Shown piece by piece: positions 47,571 through 58,235 of a stretch of DNA of 64,000 nucleotides (positions are counted from its first letter, which is position 1; every line of letters starts with the position of its first letter). Origin of the DNA: Gemmatimonadota bacterium (GTDB taxonomy: Bacteria; Gemmatimonadota; Gemmatimonadetes; Gemmatimonadales; GWC2-71-9); the NCBI GenBank assembly GCA_039586365.1, contig JBDHKN010000029.1:8128-72127 (forward strand), written 5' to 3'. Position numbers and translations under genes: made by a program. The notes under the pieces are model-generated. The model worked only from the letters and a program-made list of their open reading frames with translations. It searched no databases and was not told the DNA's origin.

Positions 47571-49286
47571 ATGCATCTGCGAGTCTATGTGGTTTGTCTG
47601 CTGGCCCTGACAGCGGGCTGCGCCCGAGCACCCGGTGTGGGACCGGCTCCGCTCACAGGCTCGTTCGACGTAATCATCGAGAACGGGAGAGTCGTCGACG
47701 GAACCGGCGCTGCGTGGTTCTACGGTGATATCGGAATCCGAGGTGACCGCGTCGCGGCTATCGTTCCGCGCGGCGTGTTACGCCAGGCCCGTGCCAGCGA
47801 GCGGATCGACGCAACCGGCTTGGTGGTCGCCCCTGGTTTCATCGATATCCAGAGCCACTCGCGCGGTGCGTTCCTGTCCGGCGACGGGCGCGTGGTCAGC
47901 AAGATCACTCAAGGCATCACCACCGAGATCATGGGGGAAGGGAACACCAATGCCCCGGCAAACCGCTGGACCCTGAGCCCAACGGGTGAACCAGAGCCCG
48001 AGGAACTCGAGCGCAGCGCGCGCTTCATGGGACCGCGGGGATTCAGCAATTGGCTGGAAGCCATGGAGCGAAGGGGTGTGACGCCGAACATCGGATCGTT
48101 CGTGGGCGCTGCCACGATCCGTATGTATGCCAAGGGCATGTCCCAGGGTTCGGCGAGCCCTGCCGAGTTGGATGCCATGCGCACTGCTGTGAGATGGGCG
48201 ATGGAGGGTGGTGCTTTCGGCGTCGCGTCGGCGCTCATCTATCCGCCCGGGAGCTTCGCATCCAAGGAGGAGCTGATCGAGATCAACAAGGCGGCGGCTC
48301 CCTATGGCGGCGTCTACATCACACACATTCGCTCGGAAGCCGATCGATTTCTCGAGGGGATTCGTGAGGCGATCGAGATCGGCCAGGGAGCCAACGTGCC
48401 AGTGGAGATCTATCACCTGAAAGCCGGGGGCAAGCGCAATTGGCACAAGGCAGCACTCGCGATCGCGCTGATCGATTCCGCGCGGTCGGCCGGCAGCGAC
48501 GTCCAGGCGGACATGTATCCCTATGTCGCCGGTGGCACCGGTCTCACTGCATGCCTACCTCCCTGGGCGGAGGCGGACGGGAAGCTGCTCGACAACCTCA
48601 AGGATCCGGAGATACGGGCCCGCATTCGCGAGGAGGTCGTCAATCAGACCACCGACTGGGAGAACCTGTGCGGTTTGGCCACACCGGAGAACGTGCTGAT
48701 CCTGGGTCTGGAGCAGCCGGAGAACCAACAATACGTCGGCAAACGTCTAGCCGAGATCGCCCAGCACCACGGCAAGGATTGGATCGAGACAGCAATGGAC
48801 TTGCTGGTTTCCGAAGAGCAGCGCATCGGCACGATCTATTTCCTGATGGACGAAGCGAACGTGAAGCTGCAGTTGCAGCAGCAGTGGATGAAGTTCGGCA
48901 CCGATGCGGGGGGCGTGGATCCCGACAGCGCCGAAGGCCTGACACATCCGCGGGCATACGGTACCTACCCACGCATACTTGGGAAGTATGTACGGGACGA
49001 GCAGGTCATGTCGTTGGAAGAGGCTGTGCGGAAAATGTCAGCGGCGGTGGCTACACGGTTGTCCCTGCACGATCGCGGCGTGCTGCGTGAGGGATTGTGC
49101 GCCGACATAGTGGTGTTTGACCCGGCAACAATCATCGATCGTGCGACATTCGAGGAGCCGCATCAGTTGTCGGTCGGGATGAATTACGTGCTCGTCAATG
49201 GAGTCACCGTCGTTCGGGACGGGAACCATACCGGTGCCAAGCCCGGCAGGGTTGTGTGGGGGCCGGGGTATCGGGGGAGACAGTAA
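47571..49286 (+). CDS. N-acyl-D-amino-acid deacylase (D-aminoacylase), lipoprotein
   Basis: TAGC lipobox; PGFIDIQSHS, THIRSE, HPRAYGTYPR. Confidence 0.92.
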   Translation: MHLRVYVVCLLALTAGCARAPGVGPAPLTGSFDVIIENGRVVDGTGAAWFYGDIGIRGDRVAAIVPRGVLRQARASERIDATGLVVAPGFIDIQSHSRGAFLSGDGRVVSKITQGITTEIMGEGNTNAPANRWTLSPTGEPEPEELERSARFMGPRGFSNWLEAMERRGVTPNIGSFVGAATIRMYAKGMSQGSASPAELDAMRTAVRWAMEGGAFGVASALIYPPGSFASKEELIEINKAAAPYGGVYITHIRSEADRFLEGIREAIEIGQGANVPVEIYHLKAGGKRNWHKAALAIALIDSARSAGSDVQADMYPYVAGGTGLTACLPPWAEADGKLLDNLKDPEIRARIREEVVNQTTDWENLCGLATPENVLILGLEQPENQQYVGKRLAEIAQHHGKDWIETAMDLLVSEEQRIGTIYFLMDEANVKLQLQQQWMKFGTDAGGVDPDSAEGLTHPRAYGTYPRILGKYVRDEQVMSLEEAVRKMSAAVATRLSLHDRGVLREGLCADIVVFDPATIIDRATFEEPHQLSVGMNYVLVNGVTVVRDGNHTGAKPGRVVWGPGYRGRQ

Positions 49287-49289
49287 AAG

Positions 49290-49345
49290 GACGGTAGGAG
49301 GCGGTCAAAGGCGGTAGGTGGCGGTAAGAGGCGTAGCAGGCGGAC
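49290..49345. repeat. degenerate decamer repeat GGCGGTAnnn
   Basis: 5-6 units between convergent genes; same family as 60191-60270. Confidence 0.7.
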
Positions 49346-49391
49346 GCTGGCGGTGAGAACGTTGCCTACAGCGTCGCTCCAGTTGCACTCC

Positions 49392-52196
49392 TCACCGTGT
49401 GCCTGACAACTCGGCCACTCTGCGTCGGGCGTCAACTAGGGCCACGAGGTCGTCGTCGCCATCCTGCCAAATCTCCAAGAATCGGTGATAGTACTCGAGA
49501 GCCTGGGCCACATTGCCTTGTTGTTGGTGAATGCTGCCGAGCTGGTAGTGCGCCAGAATCCAGGGTTCCTGAGCCTCCCAGCCCAGGTCAGGATCGGTTA
49601 CCATGGTCTGATATTGGGCCTTGGCCGTTTCTAAGTTACCGCCAACGAAATTGGCGTAAGCCAAGGACTCCAGGTAATAGTTGTCGTCTCGCAGTGCGTG
49701 AGCTGTCTGGAATTTGTCGATGGCCTCCGCGGTATTCCCTCGTGTGAGCGCCACCTCGCCGCTGAGCAGTGCGACTGCAGCTCGGTCGGTTGGGTTCTCC
49801 TCGTCCAGCCTCGCGACAGCGTCTGCGAGGAGTTGTTCGGTCTCCTCTACCAGACCGCTTCGCGCGTGTGTCTTTCCCGCGTAAGCCAGCCAGCTCGGCG
49901 CGATAGAGACCGGTCGGGCGAGTGCGCGCACCCTAGCCAGCTCTTCCTGAAATGGGACGGTCTTACCGCTTGCCCTGTAAGCGACCGCGAGATACAGCCG
50001 GGTGCGTAGCTCACTCAATGCGGCGCCCACGGTCTGTTGCAGCACGGCAGCCTGCTTAAGGTCTTCTCGTGCTTCGCCGTATCTACCAACGTACATCTTG
50101 AGTAGACCCAACGACCGCAGTCCCAGCGCGCGTTGCTCATCGTTTCCTGAGAGCATGCGGACGAACGTCTCCTCAGCACTCTCGAGGTCTCCCATCTCGG
50201 CATAGTTGAAGCCGAACTCGTGATTCAGATTACTACTGGTGAGCCATTCCGGAACCAGCTCAAAGGCCTTGAGGTAGTACTGCACGGCCTCAGCGCGACG
50301 GTCCAGCTGATGGTAGCTGGTAGCCAAGTTTATGTATGCCGCAGCGTTGCTGGAATCGATCTCGGCCACTCGCTCGAACGCATCGATCGCAGCGAGGCTC
50401 TGGCCAAGGCGTAATTGGGCGTATCCCAGGCGAAACCAAGCGCTCCTATCATCTGGATATCGGGTCAGGAAAATGTTGTAAGCGTCGATGGCCGCTTGTC
50501 TGTTCTCCTTCCAGTTGTGGATCTCGGCCTGAATCCAGAGCCGCTCTCGCTCCGTAACACGGTCGGACAGAGACAGCGCTCGGTTGAAGTGGTGCTCCCC
50601 GTTGGAACGATCGCCGGCATTGTAGTAGGCAGCGCCCAGATCACTGTGAGCCATGGCGAAGTTTGAGTCCAATTCGATGGCGCGCTGGTAGAGGGCTATT
50701 GCCTCGGCACCACGTCGCAGACCCCAATGCCACTCGGCTTCACTCCACGCCTGCAGCGCCTCCAGGGAGGGTGTTGTGGCTTGACCCAGCTCAACGCCAC
50801 GCCGGGTGATGGCAAGCAATGATTCACCGAGATCGTGACGGAGACGACGCGCCAGCTTGTCCAATGCCGGCAGTACTTCGCCGGTGCCTGTCGCCCGTGA
50901 AGACCGAGCCTTCAGGTCCGTCCCTGTCGTCGGATCGACGATGCGAATCGCCAGCACGTACACCGAGTCGAAGCGATCGATGCTCGGCACCACCAGGACT
51001 CGGACATTTTCGCGCAATGCGATCTCCCGCCCCAGCGCCTCGTCGATAGTCCCTACGTCCTCCCGCTGCATCCGCTGCAACGTTTCGGCGATACGGGTCC
51101 GCGGAAACACGTTCACGTACTGTGATTGCTGTAGGCCGACAGTCAACGCCGTGTTGAGCGAGCGATTGAACACCGAGTCACCAGTGGTGTTCTGGACGTC
51201 GGTTATCAGGATCCAGTCACGTTTGCCGAACCCGATCTCGTTGGCTGAATAGAGAGCGACCACTGCCCCGGCGCTGACTAACAGGGCAGCGGCGGTGACC
51301 GAGATCACCAGCCTGGGAATACGGCGACGCCTGGTGGGAATGGCCTGGAGACTGATGGCGGAATCCGCAGTCGCGAGTGCTTCGACGAACTGAGCGGCGG
51401 TGGAGAATCGATCTGCCGGTGCCCGCGCCAACGTCTTCATGACCACGGTCTCGAGGCCGTCCGGTACCGTATCCCGTACCACCCTGAGGCTCGGCGCTGC
51501 CTCGGCCGTCTTCCGGGCGAGAATTGCCTGCGGCGTTGAGCCGGTGAACGGCGGATCACCGCCCAGCATCTCGTACAGGACGCACCCAAGAGAGTAAAGG
51601 TCACTCCTCCCGTCGAGCTCTCGGGCACCCGAAGCCTGCTCCGGACTCATATAAGCTGGCGTGCCTACGGCAAGGCCCACATCCGTCAGGCGTCCCTCCC
51701 CGGCTTCCGCTATGGCCCGCGCGATGCCGAAGTCCGCGATCACCGCGTGTCCGGCTTCGAACAACACATTCTCGGGCTTGATGTCCCGATGGATGACACC
51801 CAGGCTGTGCGCATAGCTCAACGCGTCCGCGATCTCACGGCCTATTCTCAGGGCGTCTTCCAACGGCAACTGTATCTCGCGAGTCAGGCGATCCCGCAAG
51901 GTCTCTTCCGCTACATATGGCATCACGTAGTACAGCAGTCCGGCGGCTTCGCCGGAATCGTACAGCGGCATGATGTGGGGATGGGTGAGCTTCGCTGCGA
52001 TCTCGATCTCCCGCAGGAACCGATCCGCTCCCAAGGTAGCCGCAAGGTCAGGATGGAGTACCTTGACCGCCACCTTGCGGTTGTGCTTCAGGTCGAGCGC
52101 GAGGTACACGATGGCCATACCCCCACGACCGATCTCCCGCTCGATCTGGTAGCGATCAGCAACAGCTGCCTTGACGCGGTCCAGCAGTTCGGCCAT
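49392..52196 (-). CDS. Ser/Thr protein kinase with TM segment and C-terminal TPR region
   Basis: GRGGMA, VAVK, HRDIKPEN, DFG, YMSPE; TM; multiple TPRs. Confidence 0.95.
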   Translation of the reverse strand: MAELLDRVKAAVADRYQIEREIGRGGMAIVYLALDLKHNRKVAVKVLHPDLAATLGADRFLREIEIAAKLTHPHIMPLYDSGEAAGLLYYVMPYVAEETLRDRLTREIQLPLEDALRIGREIADALSYAHSLGVIHRDIKPENVLFEAGHAVIADFGIARAIAEAGEGRLTDVGLAVGTPAYMSPEQASGARELDGRSDLYSLGCVLYEMLGGDPPFTGSTPQAILARKTAEAAPSLRVVRDTVPDGLETVVMKTLARAPADRFSTAAQFVEALATADSAISLQAIPTRRRRIPRLVISVTAAALLVSAGAVVALYSANEIGFGKRDWILITDVQNTTGDSVFNRSLNTALTVGLQQSQYVNVFPRTRIAETLQRMQREDVGTIDEALGREIALRENVRVLVVPSIDRFDSVYVLAIRIVDPTTGTDLKARSSRATGTGEVLPALDKLARRLRHDLGESLLAITRRGVELGQATTPSLEALQAWSEAEWHWGLRRGAEAIALYQRAIELDSNFAMAHSDLGAAYYNAGDRSNGEHHFNRALSLSDRVTERERLWIQAEIHNWKENRQAAIDAYNIFLTRYPDDRSAWFRLGYAQLRLGQSLAAIDAFERVAEIDSSNAAAYINLATSYHQLDRRAEAVQYYLKAFELVPEWLTSSNLNHEFGFNYAEMGDLESAEETFVRMLSGNDEQRALGLRSLGLLKMYVGRYGEAREDLKQAAVLQQTVGAALSELRTRLYLAVAYRASGKTVPFQEELARVRALARPVSIAPSWLAYAGKTHARSGLVEETEQLLADAVARLDEENPTDRAAVALLSGEVALTRGNTAEAIDKFQTAHALRDDNYYLESLAYANFVGGNLETAKAQYQTMVTDPDLGWEAQEPWILAHYQLGSIHQQQGNVAQALEYYHRFLEIWQDGDDDLVALVDARRRVAELSGTR

Positions 52197-52445
52197 AGGG
52201 GAATCTCGTCGGTGGTACTGAGACTAAGCTAGAGAGCGTACGTGGGCTGGGCTAGTGAGCACCAGCCGTGGTACGCAATCTGTCCGCGCGAGGGGACAGA
52301 GTCACGGTCCCTGGCCTCCTTTGCATCTCGTAAGTCTATTCCATTAAGACATATAGAGTGGGGAACGCCATACGCATATACCTTGCTAATATGGTTATTC
52401 ATCATAGATATCCGTGTTGCGCTTGGGCATGGAGTTGGAGGCTCT

Positions 52446-53354
52446 ATGAATCCTTATGCCATGCGTTGGACCGCTAAGCCGATGGCAGTGAGGTTCCACT
52501 TCTGCAACAGCCTGCCGTTGCTGGTCCTCGTCGTCCTCGGCTGCGGGGAACTGACCGAACCGGTCGAAGCACTGCGACTCGAAAGTGAACACTTCGTGTT
52601 CTCCTCGACCACAGAGTGGGCAACGATGGCCGAGCTGGGGTTGGGCGTCGAGATCGCCGAAGGCCACTTCGGGAGCATTGAGAACATCGTCGGAGCCGCG
52701 AATGCTCCCACCGAGAAGATCACGGTGCGGCTCGAGGGAGACCTCCAGGATCGTGGTCCCTATTTCGATTTCTCCGGTGTTCACATGTACCGCTATCCGG
52801 ACAGCGAAGGTGGCTACTGGGCCCTGCTGGCTCACGAGCTGGTGCACGCCTTTCGCGAAGACTACGTCGTGAGGGTGGAGGCGTGGAACTGGCTATCCTT
52901 CGGCTTCTTCGAGGAGGGGTTCGCGGAGTTTGTCGCACAGCTAATCGAGCCCGACAAGCGCGGCTTTCCGTTCTACGGTTTTCCGGAAGACGTGGTCGCC
53001 GGCCAGTGGCTGGTGCGCGGCGAGTACATACCACCTGCGACACTACGTGAGCGGCATGCAGAACTGAATCAACCTTGTGAGATCCAAGCGTATCCGGAGC
53101 GCGCCTCTTGGTTCCGGTTCATGGACGAGGTCTACGGACGTCAGGCGGTGCTTGACTTGGCCTATCCGGACTCCGAGCCCAATACCGAAGTAGTGCAAGC
53201 CCTGTTGGGTGTGGGGCTCGAGCAACTGGACCAGCAGTGGGATGAGTGGCTCACGGCTCGGTATCAGGCCTATCCGAACGCTGACCAAGTTGCGCAGCAG
53301 TTCCGGCAGCGAACCAGCGGCCACCGGGTGTGCCGCTCCGGAGTGGACTTCTAG
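52446..53354 (+). CDS. HExxH zinc-metallopeptidase-like lipoprotein
   Basis: VLGC lipobox; AHELVHA...FEEGFAEF (gluzincin-like); start uncertain. Confidence 0.7.
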   Translation: MNPYAMRWTAKPMAVRFHFCNSLPLLVLVVLGCGELTEPVEALRLESEHFVFSSTTEWATMAELGLGVEIAEGHFGSIENIVGAANAPTEKITVRLEGDLQDRGPYFDFSGVHMYRYPDSEGGYWALLAHELVHAFREDYVVRVEAWNWLSFGFFEEGFAEFVAQLIEPDKRGFPFYGFPEDVVAGQWLVRGEYIPPATLRERHAELNQPCEIQAYPERASWFRFMDEVYGRQAVLDLAYPDSEPNTEVVQALLGVGLEQLDQQWDEWLTARYQAYPNADQVAQQFRQRTSGHRVCRSGVDF

Positions 53355-53391
53355 CAGCTATCTGCTCTCCGCTCCCTGCTCCCGGCTCCCT

Positions 53392-55110
53392 CTACCCCGC
53401 GAACAACGGTACGAAGTCGAACTGCTCCACGTCCACCAACCCCTTGTCGGTAAGCTTGAGACTGGGGATCACCTCGAGTGCAAGGAAACTCATCGCCATG
53501 AACGGATCGTGGAGCGTCGAGCCCAGTTGCTGCGCTGCGGCGATGAGTTGTGTCATCCGCTCGCGCACTTGCTCGATCGGCAGGTCGGACATCAGTCCCG
53601 CGATGGGAAGCGGCAGCAGCGCGAGAACTTCCTGACCGTCGGCAACAGCTTGCCCCCCGCGTGCCTCGGCCACTGCCCGTGCCGCCGTGAGCATAGAGCC
53701 GTCATCGGCCCCGATCACGACCAAGTTGTGATGGTCGTGCGCCACTGTGCTGGCGATTGCTCCCCGCTGCAATCCGATTCCAGTGACGAAACCGAGTCCG
53801 ACGGTCCCCGACCGGCCGTGGCGCTCGATCACCGCCATCTTGAGCAGGTCGCGCGAGGGATCGGCCACCGCCATCCCGTCGTCAACCAGCACCTGCATCA
53901 GCTTGTGTTCAGTCACAATCTGATCTGGAATGGCGCCGATGACACGAGCCCGGTGTCCTGTAGCACGGATCCTGAGATCGACCTTGCTCCAATCCACGCG
54001 CATCGTGTTGGTAGGAGATGTGGCATCGGCGGCGGGGCGGCCATCGAGCATACGGCCATCGCGGGCGACCAGCCTACCGCCTACGTAAACCTGGCTGGGA
54101 CGCGGCTCGCTGAGATCGGAGAACACCAGGATGTCTGCCCGCCGGCCCGGAGTGATAGCGCCGCGGTCGTGCAGCCTGAAGTGCTCCGCCGTGTTCAGCG
54201 TGGCCATCCGGATCGCGGTCATGGGCGGCACGCCCTCAGCAATAGCCATACGGACCAGATGATCTATCGAGCCCTGCTCGAGCAGGTCCGGCGGCTCACG
54301 GTCATCGGTGCAGAGGCAAAGTCGCCGCTCGTTGGCCGGGGTCACGAGCGGCAGTAGCGCCTTGAGATTGTGCGCGTTAGTAGCTTCGCGGATGTAGATC
54401 GTCATACCGAGCCGCAACTTCTCCCGCGCCTCGGAGAGTGACGTACACTCGTGGTCGGAGGTGATGCCCGCAGCGACGTAGGCGTTGAGTTGTTTGCCAG
54501 TTAGGCCCGGGCAGTGTCCGTCGATGACACGACCTTCGAACGCCCTGATCTTGGCGAGCACTGCCTCGTCTCCGAATACCACACCGGGGAAGTTCATGAC
54601 TTCGGCGAGGCCCAGGACTGCCATGTGGTCCCGCAAAGCGACGAGATCTTCAGCCGACAGTTCCGCGCCTGAGGTCTCCATGTGTGTGGCTGGTACGCAC
54701 GAGGAGACGTTCACGAACATCGTAAACGGAGTGCCTATGGCATCCTCCAGCATGAAGCGGATGCCGTCCAGTCCCAGCACATTGGCAATCTCGTGCGGGT
54801 CCGAGACGACCGTGGTCACACCGTGGGGCACGACTGCCCGGGCGAATTCCCGCGGTGGGACCATTGCACTCTCGACGTGCACGTGGGCGTCGATGAAGCC
54901 GGGGCAGACGTATTGTCCGGCGAGGTCCACCGTGGTCCGGGCCTCATAGCCCGACCCGAGTCCTATGACCCGTGAGCCAGCAACCGCAATGTCCGTCGGA
55001 TGGACCTCACCCGAAAGCACATTTACCAACTGTGCGTTAGCGAGCAGCAGATCTACCGGTGCATCGCCACGCGCGAGTGCGATGGTGTCAGCGAGGTTAG
55101 GTGTAAGCAT
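53392..55110 (-). CDS. ade: adenine deaminase
   Basis: PGFIDAHVHVES, DPHEIANV, DGHCP, DHEC, CTDD, AHDHHN. Confidence 0.95.
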   Translation of the reverse strand: MLTPNLADTIALARGDAPVDLLLANAQLVNVLSGEVHPTDIAVAGSRVIGLGSGYEARTTVDLAGQYVCPGFIDAHVHVESAMVPPREFARAVVPHGVTTVVSDPHEIANVLGLDGIRFMLEDAIGTPFTMFVNVSSCVPATHMETSGAELSAEDLVALRDHMAVLGLAEVMNFPGVVFGDEAVLAKIRAFEGRVIDGHCPGLTGKQLNAYVAAGITSDHECTSLSEAREKLRLGMTIYIREATNAHNLKALLPLVTPANERRLCLCTDDREPPDLLEQGSIDHLVRMAIAEGVPPMTAIRMATLNTAEHFRLHDRGAITPGRRADILVFSDLSEPRPSQVYVGGRLVARDGRMLDGRPAADATSPTNTMRVDWSKVDLRIRATGHRARVIGAIPDQIVTEHKLMQVLVDDGMAVADPSRDLLKMAVIERHGRSGTVGLGFVTGIGLQRGAIASTVAHDHHNLVVIGADDGSMLTAARAVAEARGGQAVADGQEVLALLPLPIAGLMSDLPIEQVRERMTQLIAAAQQLGSTLHDPFMAMSFLALEVIPSLKLTDKGLVDVEQFDFVPLFAG

Positions 55111-55173
55111 GACCGTTGGTTCTGGTGGATAGGTGGGTACAATGATGTCCGCATGGCTGCGGGAGGGCTAGGG

Positions 55174-55260
55174 GGGGAGCGGGGAGCAGAGAGCGGAGAG
55201 CGGAGAGAACAGCTATCAGCTATCAACTAGTAGCTCCCCGCTCCCCGCTCCCCGCTCTCT
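55174..55260. repeat. inverted pair of heptamer tracts (GGRGAGC)n ... (GCTCCCC)n
   Basis: read directly, between the divergent ade and S46 genes. Confidence 0.8.
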
Positions 55261-55354
55261 ACTTTCTCTCCTCTCCCTTGAACATACGTATCCGCGAAAG
55301 TTACTTTCCAGCCGCAGTCCGACTTGAGCTATCCCCGCAACCAGTGATCGAACC

Positions 55355-57484
55355 ATGAAGAGAACGCACCAGGATCAGCTTACCGCACTCATCGGAGTCG
55401 TAGCCTTCATCATCTGTGGCGCGCAACCCCTCGAAGGGCAGGCCACAGAGACCGGATTTGTGAAGGAATTCGGCACGATGTGGACCTTCGACGCACCGCC
55501 GCTCGACTATTGGCAACAAACCTACGGGTTCCAGCCTGACCAGGCCTGGCTGAACCACGTACGTCTTGCGTCGGTCCGATTGCCTGGGTGCTCTTCGTCC
55601 TTCGTGTCTGAGAACGGTCTCGTGTTGACCAATCACCACTGCGCGCGCGGCTGCATATCGAACACGTCACCTCCCGATTCCAACTACCAAGAGACTGGTT
55701 TCGTGGCTCGGAACATGGCCGACGAAAAGCAGTGTCAGGGCGTGTGGGTAGATCAACTGCAGTCGATTGAGGATGTGACCGCGCGGATCCGCGGTGCGGT
55801 AACGGCTGCTGCTGCGGTACAACAGGTTGAGCAACGCGACTCGGTGATCGATGCTGTCACCGCCGAGTGCGCGGACGCAACCGGCCTCAACTGCCAAGTA
55901 GTCACGCTGTATCAGGGCGGGATGTACTCTCTGTATCGCTACAAGCGGTTCACCGACGTACGGCTGGTCATGGCTCCGGAGGGGCAGGCCGCATTCTTCG
56001 GGGGGGATCCGGACAACTTCACCTATCCCCGCTACGATATGGATCTGACGTTACTCCGCGTCTATGAAGACGGTGCACCCCGGAGAACGGACCACTATCT
56101 CGAGTGGAGCGCCAACGGGGCTGCTGAAGGTGAGGTCGTCTTCGTCACCGGCAATCCCGGCTCCACCGGGCGACTGCTCACAAAGGCGCAGATGGAATAC
56201 CTGCGCGATGTGCAGTATCCAGCCACACTCGCCAACTACGAACGGAACCTCGCGGTCGTGCGACAGCTCGCCGCGCGGAGTGATGAGGACCGGCGGCGCT
56301 ACGAAAACCGGATCTTCAGTCTCGAGAACTCGCACAAGGCGGTGAGCGGCTATCTGACCGGTCTACTCGACGAGGAGAAGATGGCCCGCAAGCAGGCGTT
56401 CGAGCAGGACTTTCGGAACCGCATCAATCGCGATCCCGAGTTGCGTGCCAAGTACGGTGGCGCCTGGGACGCGATTGCTGGTGCGCAAGAGCAGCTCGCG
56501 TCGTTCGCCGTGCTGAGTCGCTACTATGGATTTGGGGGATCCCAGCTGCTCAACTTGGCTGGAGGCATCGTGCGCCTACCTGAACAGGCCGCGCTCCCAG
56601 ACTCGTTGCGATTGCCCCAGTATCGGGGAGAGGGGCTGGACCGAGTCCGGGCCCAGGTAGCCCGAGATGCTTCGTTCGATCTCGCAGTCGAACAGCTGAA
56701 CCTCACCGCGCAGCTCGAGGCTGCGCAGGCGGAGCTGCCCCCGAATGACGCGTTCCTTCAAGCGGTGCTGGCGGGCCGAACGCCTGAAGCTGCGGCCCGC
56801 GCCCTGGTTGCTGGCACCAGGCTGACAGATGTCCAAGTGCGGCAGTCGCTGCTGGATGGTGGTGCGGCTGTGGTCGCCGCGTCAGACGATCCGATGATTG
56901 TGGCGGCGCGCAAGATCAACCCGCTCGGTCTCGAGGTGGCGGGGCGTGCCGCGCCGCTCAACGCAACCATCTCTGCCAATGCCGAGCTGGTTGGCCAGGC
57001 GATATTCGCAGCGTACGGCCACTCGCTACCGCCCGACGCGACCTTCACGTTGCGGATCTCCGACGGGGTGGTGAAGCGCTATCCCATGAACGGCACCTTC
57101 GCGCCGCATAAGACCACCATGTACGGACTCTTTGCACGCGCTGCAGAGTTCGATAACGAAGCTCCGTGGACCCTGGCGCCCAAGTGGCAGGAGCGCCGTG
57201 ACAAACTAGATCTGGCGACACCGATCAACTTCGTGTCCACCAACGACATCATCGGTGGTAACTCGGGGAGCCCAGTGATCAACCGTGACGCCGAAGTGGT
57301 GGGACTCGTGTTCGATGGTAACATTCAGTTCCTGCCAAATCGCTTCATCTTCAGCGACGACGTGGCGCGGACGGTGAGCGTACACTCGGCGGGCATCATC
57401 GAAGCGCTGCGCAAGGTGTACGACGCTAGCTGGATCGCGGATGAGCTTGAGGGAGAGCGGGGAGCAGGGAGCGGGGAGCGGTAA
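55355..57484 (+). CDS. S46 dipeptidyl peptidase
   Basis: MWTFD, TNHHC, PDATFTLRIS, DIIGGNSGSP, FDGN. Confidence 0.95.
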   Translation: MKRTHQDQLTALIGVVAFIICGAQPLEGQATETGFVKEFGTMWTFDAPPLDYWQQTYGFQPDQAWLNHVRLASVRLPGCSSSFVSENGLVLTNHHCARGCISNTSPPDSNYQETGFVARNMADEKQCQGVWVDQLQSIEDVTARIRGAVTAAAAVQQVEQRDSVIDAVTAECADATGLNCQVVTLYQGGMYSLYRYKRFTDVRLVMAPEGQAAFFGGDPDNFTYPRYDMDLTLLRVYEDGAPRRTDHYLEWSANGAAEGEVVFVTGNPGSTGRLLTKAQMEYLRDVQYPATLANYERNLAVVRQLAARSDEDRRRYENRIFSLENSHKAVSGYLTGLLDEEKMARKQAFEQDFRNRINRDPELRAKYGGAWDAIAGAQEQLASFAVLSRYYGFGGSQLLNLAGGIVRLPEQAALPDSLRLPQYRGEGLDRVRAQVARDASFDLAVEQLNLTAQLEAAQAELPPNDAFLQAVLAGRTPEAAARALVAGTRLTDVQVRQSLLDGGAAVVAASDDPMIVAARKINPLGLEVAGRAAPLNATISANAELVGQAIFAAYGHSLPPDATFTLRISDGVVKRYPMNGTFAPHKTTMYGLFARAAEFDNEAPWTLAPKWQERRDKLDLATPINFVSTNDIIGGNSGSPVINRDAEVVGLVFDGNIQFLPNRFIFSDDVARTVSVHSAGIIEALRKVYDASWIADELEGERGAGSGER

Positions 57485-57561
57485 TCGGCAACCCGTGATC
57501 TGTGGACTGTCTGCTGAACACTGACAGCTGAAAGTCGATTGCTGTATCCTGAGCGCCAGAG

Positions 57562-58068
57562 GTGCGCGTGCTGAATCGTCCCAGGCCGACTCAACCAGGC
57601 CCGGATCAGGAATCGGTGTGGGACTACCCCCGGCCACCGCGGCTCGAGAACGTCGGTCAGCGCATCCAGGTCTTCTTCAACGGCCTCGAGATCGTCGACA
57701 CCTGCACCGCGATTCGGGTGCTCGAAACCAGTCATCCACCCAACTACTACATCCCGCGGGGTGACATTGAACAAGGTGTGCTGCGCGCAGTGAGTGGTGG
57801 ATCGCTGTGTGAGTGGAAAGGGTCAGCACGCTATTTCGACGTTGCGGTTGGCGATCAGGTTGCGCCGCGCGCGGCGTGGTCCTACCCGAATCCAACGCCC
57901 GCATACGAGAGCATACGGGACCACGTCGCTTTTTACGCTGGGCCGATGGACGCGTGCCTGGTGAATGGAGAACGAGCGTGCCCTCAGCCCGGCGGCTTCT
58001 ACGGTGGCTGGATCACGGACTCCGTGGTAGGACCTTTCAAGGGAGAACCAGATACTGAGTGGTGGTGA
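57562..58068 (+). CDS. DUF427 domain protein
   Basis: ESVWDYPRPP, LETSHPP, CEWKG, FYGGWIT. Confidence 0.9.
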   Translation: MRVLNRPRPTQPGPDQESVWDYPRPPRLENVGQRIQVFFNGLEIVDTCTAIRVLETSHPPNYYIPRGDIEQGVLRAVSGGSLCEWKGSARYFDVAVGDQVAPRAAWSYPNPTPAYESIRDHVAFYAGPMDACLVNGERACPQPGGFYGGWITDSVVGPFKGEPDTEWW

Positions 58069-58235
58069 AGCCGAACTCAGCTGCCTAGGCCAGAGTGTTA
58101 CCGATGTCCCCAAGAAGTACCCAGCTGACAGCTGGTCGCTGAAAGCTGACCCCTCAATTCCAACATAATGCCCCCGCTAGGACTCTAACTGTCAACGACA
58201 AATCAGGGATTACTTCGAGCACGCGAGGAAGAACC

